This document shows positions 28,501 to 41,700 of a DNA stretch of 64,000 nt, piece after piece. This DNA comes from Octopus vulgaris. Taxonomy: Eukaryota. Position 1 is the first letter of the stretch. Every line of letters begins with the position of its first letter. The notes beneath the pieces were generated by a model. It was not told the DNA's origin. It ran no database searches and saw nothing but the letters and a program-made list of their open reading frames with translations. Both the position numbers and the translations under genes were made by a program. The stretch covers positions 58,838,001-58,902,000 of the forward strand of contig OX597816.1 in assembly GCA_951406725.2 (NCBI GenBank), read 5' to 3'.

Positions 28501-31500
28501 GCCAGAACCTAAAATGATGCAATCAAGAAAAACAACAAATGATGAAGGTTTTTAACTAAAGATGTGGCATGAAAGGGTTTTGAGTAAGAAGTGAGAAGCT
28601 GGAAAGAAAAAAAAAAATAACATAGGCACAGGCATGGGTAATACCACACACCCTTGCCTCTGCCTATGTTTACCTTCCCAACCAACCACATAGTTCTGGG
28701 TTCAATCCCACTGCATGGCAGCTTGGGCAAGTGTCTTCTACTATAGCCTCAGACCAACTAAACCTTTGTCAGTGGATTTGGTAGACGGAAACTGAAAGAA
28801 GCTTGTTGTGTGTGCATGCATGTGTGTGAGTGTTTTTGTGTGTGTGTTTGTTCCCTACCACTTGACAACCAGTGTTGGTGTGTTTACATCCCCGTAACTT
28901 AGCAGTTAGCACATGGTTCTGGGTTCAATCCCACTGCATGGCAGCTTGGGCAAGTGTCTTCTACTATAGCCTCAGACCAACCAAACCTTTGTCAGTGGAT
29001 TTGGTAGATGGAAACTGAAAGAAGCTTGTTGTGTGTGCATGCATGTGTGTGAGTGTTTTTGTGTGTATGTTTGTTCCCTACCACTTGACAACCAGTGTTG
29101 GTGTGTTTACATCCCCATAACTTAGCAGTTTGGCAAAAGGGACCAACAGAATAAATACCAGGCTTAAAAAGAAAATAAGTCCGGGAGTGGGGGGGCAATT
29201 TGTTTGACTAACATTCTCTGAAGACTGAAACAAGAGAAAGATGAAAAGATAAAGCTTCACCTCCAGTGTGTCCATCCGTTGACGAATGTTGTAATTGCTT
29301 GCATAGACTTGAGATGTCAAATAGGTGGCTGTCTGCAAGAAAGGAAGTGGGGAAGGGTCAGTTAGTAATTAATTATGACTAGCAATTAGTGTTTCAGCTA
29401 TAGTCATCTTTGTCTCTCATCATCATCATGATCATCTCCAAACATTCATATGCAAAACAATTACGATTGTACTGATGATGATGATGATGATGAAGGTGGT
29501 GATGATGATGATGATGGGAGGAGGAGGAGGGACAACAATGATGAGAATGGTGATGACCTTGCTGATGATAATGACAATGATGATGATAACGATGATGATG
29601 ATGAGGAGGAGGAGGAGGAGAATGGTAATGATAATCATGATGATGGTGGTGACAATAATGATGATGATGATGATGAATTCCATGGTGAATATCTAAACAC
29701 ACAGACCTCCTGAAACAATGCCAATCATGACAAAAGTGTGAATGATAATGAGAAATTCATATAAGAAAATAATTTAATAATTTGTAGAATCATCAAACCC
29801 ACATGTTGGGAAATAAAGTGTAAGGCCAAGAAGGGAAAAAAAAAAGGGGAAATTAACTGTAAAAATGCAGAGAGTTTTCTCCCGTTTAGGTCTTAGATCC
29901 TCTTGCACTGTCAGCACAATGGTAAACAAACCTTCTCCACACATCCTGATTGCTCACTTTTCTCTTAGCTCCACTCAGGTCAGCTCTCAATACTATCACG
30001 TCATCCCATAGCGTACTACACCACATCTTCCTTGGTTTCCCTCTAAGTCTCTTCCCTCCTCTCAGAGACAACTCCATCACAAGGCAATCGAAGCACATGG
30101 CCAGTAAGCCATAGCCACCACTTTGGTCCCCATGTCCTGCAAACTCCCCATGCCTGATCCTCTTATCACTTCTTTGTTTCTCATTCTGTTTTGGTAAGAG
30201 ATGCTCAGAATTGAAGATAGGCAGCATCAATGGAACACATCCAGCAATCGAAAGATCTTCACTGTTCACAGACGTAGATGGCTGTTGGGATAATAATAGA
30301 TGGATCTAGCTGCAGCTTTATCTTCTTTTACTCCTAAAACTGTAATATGATCACTGTATTGATCTCTCATTGATTTTCTGTTAGTTCTGAAACAATGATT
30401 ATAGAATAAAATCTTAGGTCACACTGACAAGACTAACAATGGCCCCTTAGCTTTCTGAATATTTCAATGGAGCAGGAATTAATCTTATTTCATAATAACA
30501 AAATGAGGAACCCTACTTCATCATGTAAGCTTTATAGGCACCTTTAAAATTAAAGGTACCATAGATGAGAAAAACAACAAAGTACCTTAAACATTAAAAG
30601 TACCATGGAAAAGAGAAGAGATATTAGAGCACTGGACAACTGGTGTTTAGTTACAATCTTTTACATTTCAAGGTTCAAATCTCAGTGAGATTGCCTTTAG
30701 ATTTCCTATTACCTGAGTCAATAAAATAAGCAAAAGGTAGTCCACTCTGTGGAGTGGTTGGTTTTAGGAAGGGCATCCAGCCTAAAAAAACCCTGTCAAA
30801 ACAGACGCAGAAGTTTGGTGCAGGCTCCTGCCTGGCCAGCTCCTGTCAAACTGTCCAACCTGTGCCAGCATGGAAGGAAGATGTTAAATGACGACGACGA
30901 TGATGATGACATATTGTTGCTGTTGTCATTCAGTTCTAGGTCAATCCATAGCTTTCCTTGATCACTGTGTATCTAAGACTACGTTATTCAATGTTATCTG
31001 TCTTCTTCGAAACAAAGTGTAGTCTGAAGAAGACATGACTCCTATTTCTAGCAATTTCAACAATCATGTTGAGTTTCTTTTGTTGGTTCTACAAATATCA
31101 ATTATAATCATACAAAGGAGTAGATTAAACATACACACACACATCTCTATGGCTTTGTGACTAATGAAGATATCAATGTTATCAGGACATCAATGAAGAA
31201 AGGAGACAAGGTGAACATGGCAACAAGGGGACATTCTATAGAACAAAATACAAAGTAAACAACATGACTTACCTCAACAGGACATTCTACTAAGAGAGCC
31301 ACAAGAGCCCTAAGTCTACATTCTAATAAATTGCTAAAGGAATGACTTTCAGTCAAGTGAAGAAGTATTTTGGCAAATTCTGCAGCAATCTGTAAAGAAA
31401 GTCATGTGACAGTGAGTTTATAGTGGCATAGAACATTAATATTGTATCACACAGATCAGAGTGTCTTTAACAAACCAGAGTAACTCAACGTACCACACCA

Positions 31501-34500
31501 TGGTGATTTAATGCATCACTTAGTAGTTTCATAGTAGTGGCACAGTGTAACACACAGTAGTAGCACATTAAAATATTACAGCATTTTTGTATAAGAGGCT
31601 GCAGTGTGTTGGACTATGATTTCACAAGGACTTAGTGCAACACACAGCACTGGTACAATGCAACATATTGTAGTGATTCAGTGAAACTCACCTCAATGTT
31701 TAAGTATAGAGAGAGAGAGAGAGAGAGAGCAATAAGAAAATGGAGGGGATCAATAGGTGGTATTCATCAATTTTTAGACATTATATTATGTCAGTTTATT
31801 TATTCATTTACTAAAATGACAATTACAAGAATATACATACATGTATAACGTATGTTTTACATATAAAATATATAAAGATACCAGTAATTATTAAAATACT
31901 AGCAGTATCGCCCGGCGTTGCTCGGGTTTGTAAGGGAAATAATTATATAAGCATTTTTAGAGATGTAAAGTATAATAGCCATCTCAATATGGCTAACCAC
32001 AAAGGGGGAGGGGTGTTACTGTAGCTTTTTACGTTCTGAGATATAATAATAAATTTTAGAGAGTTACTTCCCTTATATATGTCAAAAATGGATTAAAAAT
32101 GGGAAAAATTGATGGTAAATTTTTTTTTAAATCGTAGACTCATCGTAGATGCACGCTAATACCCAGACGGTCTCGATATGAATCACGACTATAAGATACC
32201 CGGTTTTGGTTAAACTGCACCGCAAAATGTGGGAGTAGTTAGGAATCTAAATCGTAGGAGACAGACACACAACCTCACTTTTATATATAAAGATTTCCTC
32301 TATTTACATAATATTGAGGTCTCTTTCTTTCTTTTGTTATCTTACTGTTTTTACCAATATACATATATATATATATATATATATAAATATATATATAGTT
32401 ACAGAGATGTACTTGCATAGCAAGTGACTTGATCTGAGATCGTGTGCTGGAACGAAAACAGTTGCAGCGTTGAAGGTGTTTATAAGCCATTTAAGAAACA
32501 CACAAAAACCGTTAGATTCACTTCAACATTTAAATTTAATTTGTCAAAATATTTTCGTCGCTTTGAGACCGCGACCTGTTAGCATGATATTTTTGTCAGT
32601 GAACAGGTCGCGGTCTCAAAGCGAGGAAAATATTTTGGCAAATTAAATTTAAATGTTGAAGTGAATGTAACGGTTTTTGTGTGTTTCTTAAATGGCTTAC
32701 AAACACCTTCCACGCTGCAATATATATATACACACATATATATATATGTATGTATGTATGTGTGTATATGTGTATGCATGTATGTGTGTGTGTGTGCGTG
32801 TCTGTGCTTGTGATTGTCCTCCACCACTGCTTGACAACGAATGTTGGTTTGTTTACATCCCTGTCACCTAGTGGTTTGACAAAGGAAACAGATAGAATAA
32901 GTACAATGCTTACAAAAATAAAACTGGAGTTGATTCATTAAACTACAATTCTTCAAGGCATTGCCCCAGCATGGCCACAGACCAATGGCTGGAAAAAGCA
33001 GAAGAATAAAAGAATACATTCTCTGCTTTGGTCTTATGTTCAAGGCATGAGAAAGCTTGAGTTTACATGAGAAGGCCTAACAGACCTGGTAGAAACAGCA
33101 GCCAAATCTCCCTCAAATCACACCTTACTGTCTTATGTATCTCTTATTATAAAAGGCAGATTTTATCTGCCTCCCTTTGGGAGTTATACAAATCTACAAT
33201 ATAGGATTTCTTCAATTACAATTTACCTGGCATTTTTAAGAGTACAATGTATCGCGTCATGCCAGCTCCAGTTTTTAAAATTTAAACTCCAATTAAGCAA
33301 AATTTACAGAAAACTCACGTTCTGGTGTGTGTGTCAAATGCTTTTCTTAGTCTGGTTTACACCACACGCAAACGCACACACACACAAAGGGAGCGAATTG
33401 TTTCACTGACGCTATCACCCTTCTCCTCCTTTGTCTTTGCAAGTTTGCAGCTATTAAAGTGAAAACAGTGAATCCGACAGCGATAAAGAAAACGAATTGG
33501 TACCTGAATGGAGTGAAAATTTAAAAACTGTTTCTTTCAGTGAGTTTTCTGAAGAAACTGGACCAAGCCACAGACTTTCCCAGAAGAGTAAAGCCTTAGA
33601 CTATTTCTATTTACTTTTTCGAATGAGCCTATTTGAAATCATTACGCTAAACGTAAACAAACCGAAAGAAAGGATAGTTTGTTATTTCTCACAACCTTAA
33701 ATGAAATTAAGGCCTATTTTGCCATAAATATTATTATGGGTATCAGAAAGTTACCCAGAATAACAAATTCTATTGTAAAATTTTGTTGTATACCCAATTG
33801 AATATTAGCTAATAACCCATTTTCTATAGCGATGTTTGAACAAAATTTTAATAATTTTACAGAAAGTTACCCAGAATAACAAATTCTATCGTAAAATTTT
33901 GTTGTATACCCAATTGAATATTAGCTAATAACCCATTTTCTATAGCGATGTTTGAACAAAATTTTAATAATTTTACAGAAAGTTACCCAGAATAACAAAT
34001 TCTATCGTAAAATATTGTTGTATACCCAATTGAATATTAGCTAATAACCCATTTTCTATAGCGATGTTTGAACAAAATTTTAATAATTTTACCCAGTATA
34101 ACAAATTCTATCGTAAAATTTTGTTGTATACCCAATTGAATATTAGCTAATAACCCATTTTCTATAGCGTTGTTTGAACAAAATTTTTGTTAATTTTACA
34201 GAAAGTTACCCAGAATAACAAACGAGCCCTTCTGGGTATTAGCGCGCGTCTACGATGAGTCTACGATTTAAAAAAAATTACCATCATTTTTTCCATTTTA
34301 ATGCATTTTTTTCGCTTTTATATAAGGGAAGTAACTCTCTAAAAATATCTACGATGTGTGAACGATTTAAAGAAAAATTTACCTTAATTTTTTTTCAATT
34401 TTTAATGCATTTTTTTGCTACTTTTTGGCTATAACTCTCTAAAAATGCTTATATAGTTATTTCCCTTACAACCCGAGCAACGCCGGGCGATACTGCTAGT

Positions 34501-35731
34501 GTATATATATATGAGCCAATGAGGGGGACCTCTACATGGTAGCTAGACCTGGTAGAAATAGCAGCCAAATTTCCCCCAAATCACACCTTACTGTCTTATC
34601 TCTTATTATAAAAGTCTATGTATATATGTATGTATGAGCCTATGAGGGAGACCCCTACATGGCAGCTAGACATGGTAGAAATAGCAGCCAAATCTCCCTC
34701 AAATCACACCTTACTGTCTTATGTATGTATATATATATACAAGCCACTACGGTTATTTAATGTAAAGTCTTCCTCAAATCACTCTCGCTATTTACTCTCT
34801 TCCAAATACATTTTCACTCACTCTTATCTCTTAGCTTGCCATACATTTTACTCATGTATCTATCAGCGTGATAGACAGAAACAAATATTACATCGCCATC
34901 GCCATCGCATTCTATTGTCTACCTGTCAACACACACACAGTGAATTACTTTCATTTTATTCGTTGCACACTGTGTGTGTGTGTGTGGTGTAAACCACATT
35001 AAGAAAAGCATTTGACATACACACCAGAATGTGAGTTTTGTGTAAATTTTGCTTAATTGGAGTTTAAATTTTAAAAACTGGACCTGGCATGACCCAATGC
35101 ATTCTACTCTTAAAAATGCTAGGTAAATTGTAATTGAAGAAATCCTATATTGTAGATTTCTATAACTGACAAAGGGAGGCAGATAAAATCTGCCTTTTAT
35201 AATAAGAGATATAACATACAGGAATAGATAGTGGGAAAATATCTTACAGCTGTTTCAGCCAAGAGGCAAAAATACCTCATGCTACCTGTATGCCTCCTGT
35301 AGACTGAAGTAATTAGTAGATGAAATTGAGGTACTTGGGTGCTTCTCTAGGCTTCATCAGAGATTTATATATACATACATTGGAGGCACAATGGCCTAGT
35401 GGTTAGGGCAGCGGACTCGTGGTCACAGGATCGCGGTTTCGATTCCCAGACCGGGCGTTGTGAGTGCTTATTGAGCGAAAACACCTAAAAGTTCCACGAG
35501 GCTCCGGCAGGGGGTGGTGATCCCTGCTGTACTCTTTCACCACTCTTTCTCTCACTCTTTCTTCTGTTGGCCTGCTCGCTTAGCCAGCGGGGTGGCGTCA
35601 TTCGAAGGCTAAAACAATGCGAACGCATTGTGACCAGTGATGTGTAACAACATCTGATGGTCTGGTCGGTCACGTGATATACATACATATATATATATAT
35701 ACATATATATATATATTCATATATATATACA

Positions 35732-35775
<44 letters not shown>

Positions 35776-38700
35776 TATATATATATAATTAATTAATAAA
35801 ATAAAAATTATTTGAAAATCAAATCTTGTCAGAGGTAGTTTAAGATATACAAAATAGGTGTTCGATATACTCAACATGCAGGAATTGTACACCTATTTTG
35901 TATATATTAAACTACCTCTGACAAGATTTGATTTTCAAATAATTTTAAACTTTATTAATTAATTTTCTGAAGGTCCGGAATTGAAACAGCTGTAAGAGAT
36001 GTTGTCAACTTTTTAATTAAATAATAATTTATTAATTATCCCTCTATTTTCTTATTTTATTGAAATAAATAAATATAGTTACCTTACAGTTGAATATTAA
36101 TTATAATGTTCAACATTCTTTGTATAGGTGACTAACCAATATCCCTTAATGACGTTTGTAACCTTTATTTATATATATATATATATATCATCATCATCAT
36201 TTAACGTCTACTTTCTATGCTGACATGGATTGGATAGTTTGACCGAGGACTGACAAGGCAGCTGGCTACACCAGGCTCCAATCTGATCTAGCAAGGTTTG
36301 TACAGCTGGACGGCCTTCCTAACGCCAACCGATCCGAGAGTGTAGTGGGTGCTTTTTCATCATCATCATTTAACATTTAACTCCATGCTGGAGCCGTTCA
36401 GCTGGAGAGTGGCACCTGGTTCCAATCTGATTTGACATAGTTTTTATGGCTGGATGCACCTCCTAACACCAAGGATATATATTCTTTTATTTATTTCAGT
36501 CATTTGACTGTGGCCATGCTGGAGCACTACATTTAATCGAAGAAATCGACCCCAGCACTTATTCTTTGTGAGCCTAGTCAGTTGTAAAGCGATGTTGTGG
36601 GGACAAACACAGACACACAAACACACATATATACGATGGGCTTCTTTCAGTTTCTGCCTACCAAATTCACTCACAAGGCTTTGGTCAGCCCGAGGCTATA
36701 GAAGACACTTGCCCAAGGTGCCACACAGAGGGACTGAACCCAGAACCATACGGTTGGTAAGCAAGCTACTTTCCACACAGCCATGCCTGCACCTATAAAA
36801 TTTTTATGTAAAATATTTAAAATGTCATATTGGTTTTTATTATTTGGTGGCTGTCTCTAATTAAACTGTGGATAATCCACTGGGTTTGCTAGTAATAAAT
36901 AACGCTGTCAGTGGCTATTCGAGTATGATCGTTACCAGTGTCGCCTTACCTGCACTTATGCCTGTGCTAGTAGGGTGCCAAGAGCACCATCCGAGTGTGA
37001 TCATTGCCAGAGCAGCCAACTGGCTTCCATGCCAGTGGCACATAAAACGGTACCATTCAAGCATGATCATTACCAACATTGCTTCACTGGCACGTGTAAA
37101 AAGATTCGAGCGAGGTCATTGCCAGTACCGCCTGACTGGCACATAAAAAGCACCCACTACACTCTCGGAGTGGTTGGCGTTAGGAAGGGCATCCAGCTGT
37201 AGAAACTCTGCCAGATCAAGATTGGAGCCTGGTGCAGCCATCTGGTTCACCAGCCCTCAGTCAAAATCGTCCAACCCATGCTAGCATGGAAAGCAGACGT
37301 TAAACGATGATGATGATGAAAGACAAAAGTGAAGACAGGAGTTTTCGAAACATTCATCTCCACCATCTGAGAGACAATATCAACTTACTTCTGTCAAACC
37401 ATAATGACTTGAAGATATCAATTCTTCAGCTACTTTCAGACAAGCTTCAACACGTTCTGGGTCTTCAGTTCCAATCAGACCTTTAAAACAACAGACAAAA
37501 ATAATAACCCAAGATCAACAACAGAAGAGAGTTCCAGGAAGCTAGCTGGTTGCAATAGCAACACCATTCTGCACATGTCCCCTCCACACATGCTCACACA
37601 CACGCACATCGGCAACATTTGTCTATTTCTTGAAAATGGAGTCATAACCCTGAAATATTGAATACAAGGTAAGTCAACATTAATTCACATATTAAAAGCA
37701 CCATCCAAGTGTGAACGTTGCCAGCCCCACAGATTGGTTCCTGTGCCGGTGGCATGTAAAAAGCGCTATTCAAGAGTGATCGTTGCCAGAATCGCCTTAC
37801 TGGCACATGTGCTGGTGGCACATGAAAAACAACACTTGAGCGTGGTCGTTGCCAGAACTGCTTGACTGGCCCTTGTGCCAGTGGCACATAAAAGCACCCA
37901 CTACAATCTCGGAATGGTTGGCGTTAGGAAGGGCATCCAGCTGTAGAAACTTTGCCAGATCAGATTGGAGCCTGGTGCAGCCTTCTGGCTCACCAGTCCT
38001 CAGTCATACCGTCCAACCCATGCCAGCATGGAAAGCGGACGTTAAACAACGATGATGATGTTTTCTTGTGATTTACCTTGCACTATTTTGGCCTTACTCA
38101 TGATCCTTTATACAAGCAATTTTTTTTTTGTTGAAGGACAGGGAAAAATGTGAAATGAGTTAAGAGGGATGCTTCGACAAACAGTTATGAAATGTCTTTA
38201 ATCAAAGGTCTGTTTAATGAGGACTAAACTGGGATCGAACAACAACACTAATGTCCCTGGAAATGTTCGAATCCCCAAACCAGAGATTGGCAAACTTCTT
38301 ATGTCACTAATCCCTTCAATGTGGAATCATTGATAACTTACCAACCTCACTAAACCCATTGTGTCGTCATCATCATCATCATTTAATGTCCACTTTCCCT
38401 GTTGGCATGGGTTGGACAGTTTGAGTGAAAACTGGTAAGCCAAGGAGCTGTACCGGGTTCCAATCTGACTTGGTAAGATTTCTATGGCTGGGTGCCCTTC
38501 CTAATGCCAACCATTCTTGCAAGAGTGTAGTGGGTGCTTTTTACATGTCACTGGTATCAGCCACAATCACGATCTCACTTGGTTTGACAGGTCTATACAA
38601 CCACGGTTTTCTTATATAAAAATTTAAAAGTATAATTAATAAAAATAATTTATTGATTTAAAATCATGCATCAGCATGGCCACAGCTCTGAGCTGAAACT

Positions 38701-41700
38701 AGAGAAAAAAAAAAAAAATAATCCCTTTGTACTTTTGTGTCCTTATTACTTTTTAATAAGAAATAGTTAAAGAAATTTAATGCAAATACTTAATGAAATT
38801 GATAAAGGACAATAAAAATTTAATCATTATTTTGGTTTCAAATTTTGGCACAAAGCCAGCAATTTCGGGGATAGTCAATTATGTCAATCCCAGTGTTCAA
38901 CTGGCATTTATTTACCGACCCCTAAAGGATAAAAGGCAACACTGACCTCAACAAAACTCAGAGCATAACGTCAGAAGAAACGTTAAGCATTTTGTCCTGT
39001 GCAGTAGCCATTCTGCCAACTCATTGCCTTATTTATCATCATCATCATCATCATCCAGTGTTTTAAATCCAGGTCTTGTCTCCATTAACAGGGGTAGCCA
39101 GATCTACCTCAATGCTATAGCACCCGAAGTAGGCAGGTGCAACCCACTCCAACCTTTGGGTTGGCTGGTGCCCATTCTCCCTTGCTATCATGAGGCTTTT
39201 TTGGAGCTGGATTTTCTATAGGGCTCATGCCCTTGCTTAGCCCCAGCCTCAGTTTCTAGACATGAGTGGTCCCAAGACCAAAGCCTCTAACATGATTTTT
39301 AAGAAATGTGGTGGAAAACTAGCTCAGGAAGGCAGGAACGCTACACCCTGAAGCAGAGATGTTACTCCTTGGGGCAGAGATGCTACTCCCTGAGGCAGGG
39401 ATGCTACTCCCTGAGGCAAAGATGCTACTCCGAGGCAGGACGCTACTCCCTGAGGCAGGGATGCTACTCCCTGAGGCAGGACACTACTACCTGAGGCAGG
39501 GACACTACACTCTGAGGGAGAGATGCTACTCCCTGAGGCAGGGACACTACACCCTGAGGCAGGGATGCTACTCCAAGCATGGACGCTACTACTCTCTGAG
39601 GCAGAGATGCTACTCCCTGAGGCAGGGACACTACTCCGAGACAGGGATGTTACTCTCTGAGTAGTCATGTTATACAGATATACTCAGAGTATTCACAGTG
39701 AAATTAGTATTTGGTTCATATTGCATTATATTTGGCAGGAGCTTAGTGAGTTTTGGCCTTTAAGTAACCAATCTTTTATCTTTTACCTGTTTCAGTCATT
39801 TGACTGTGGCCATGCTGGAGCATCACCTTTAGTCAAACAAATTGACCCCAGGACTTATTCTTTGTAAGCCTAGTACATCAGTCTCTTTTGCCGAACCACT
39901 AAGTTACAGAGACGTAAACACACCAACATCAGTTGTCAAATAATGGTGGCGGGGACAAACACAGACACACAGATACACACACACACATATAAATACTACA
40001 GGTTTTTTCAGTTTCCGTCTACCAAATCCACTCACAAGGCTTTGGTGGGCCCGAGGCTATAGTAGAAGACACTTGCCCAAGGTGCCACGCAGTGGGACTG
40101 AACCCAGAACCATGTGGTTCATAAGCAAGCTACTTACCACACAGCTACACCTGCACCTATAAATGTTCAAAATGTTTTCAGGCATTTTTCATGGATAGCC
40201 ACATAGACACCCAACCCCCACAGGTGTCACTATTGACCACTTTGCTGATACCTGCTCTAAACCAAATGTTAAAATTCCCACACTTTAATCTGTATAAGAC
40301 ATGATGAATAAGGGAGAGGAAATACCTTTTGCGAATAATTGCTTACCTTTTACATTGTTTACCTTCGGCTGATATACCCTCCAGCCTTCTTCAGGTGTCT
40401 CATTCCTAAAGTATTTTTCGATGTTATTAATAATAACATCGAAAAATACTTTAATAATAATATTAATAATAATGACATTGAAAAATACCTTAGGAACGAG
40501 AACCCAGGTTCAAAATTTCTCCAAGACACCTGATGAAGGCTGGAGGGTATATCAGCCGAAACGTGTTAACAACAAACAAGATGAGGACAAATATCCGTCA
40601 AATGTAAATAATGTAGATAATTCCTCATCTCAAATATAGAACTGTATAATTGCTTACCTTCCATACAATCCCTTAAGTATTTTGGTGTTTTCACTTTCTG
40701 TTCTTGCTTATCATGTGACATGTCGAAGGGTTCAAAGTCATCATCACTGCCAACAATAATTTACAGAGAGAAATACAACAACAGTGAAATGTATTGAACA
40801 AAGAATATGCAAATTAACATGTGGCTAACAGCTGACACTATACAATACAGGTCGTATATAGTCTAGATTAGGGTGGAGAACCCCTTAATCACATTCAATT
40901 GTCCACAACAAAGTCCACCTTCTGTGATAGGAATCACAATGCAGTTTCAATGTAAAGAGAATGGTGACAATACATATTTAAAAATATCGTTATTTGTAGC
41001 GGAGTGAGGGTGTATAACCTAGTGATTAGGGTGCTGCACTAACGACTGCGAGATCGTGGTTTCAATTCCTAGATTGGGTGTTGCATTGTGTTCTTGAGCA
41101 AAACACTTCATCTCACCTTGCTCTGTGACCTCCTTGCCACCTGACGCGTGGCACACTGTGCCCCTGTTCAGGCAATGTCGATTTGATGGAGAGAGATAGT
41201 GAGCTGACGTACAACACACACATTTGATCATTATAAACAAATCATTTGTATTTCTTTACTGCCCACAAGGGGCTAAACACAGAGGGGACAAACAAGGACA
41301 GACAAAGGGATTTAGTCGATTACATCGACCCCAGTGGGAAACTGGTACTTTATTTATCGACCCCGAAAGGATGAAAGGCAAAGTTGACCTCGGCGGAATT
41401 TGAACTCAGAACGTAACGACAGACGAAATACGGCTACGCATTTCGCCCGGCGTGCTAACGATTCTGCCAGCTCGCCACCTTTTGTGATGATTGTTCAGCA
41501 AAAACCAAACAGATAATACGTTGTCTTCAATGAAAAGTTCCAAACTCCTAAATACATCCTAAACTGTATTTTCATTCTTACAGAAGCCTACACCTGTCAC
41601 CGCATCAAGGTAGAAATGACAGCACAGTTTAGATGTTATGGTAGAATATTGTCTAACAAAATATCAAATGTAAATAAAGAGCTTGAATATTTTAATATAA

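Noticed and set aside
35381-35455. tRNA gene
   Set aside because: tRNA-like SINE head with no proper acceptor stem, continuing into a multi-copy SINE body; the same applies to the other SINE heads.
39306-39668. Repetitive ORFs or CRISPR-like array
   Set aside because: Contiguous tandem units with no unique spacers, eukaryotic context, no cas genes.
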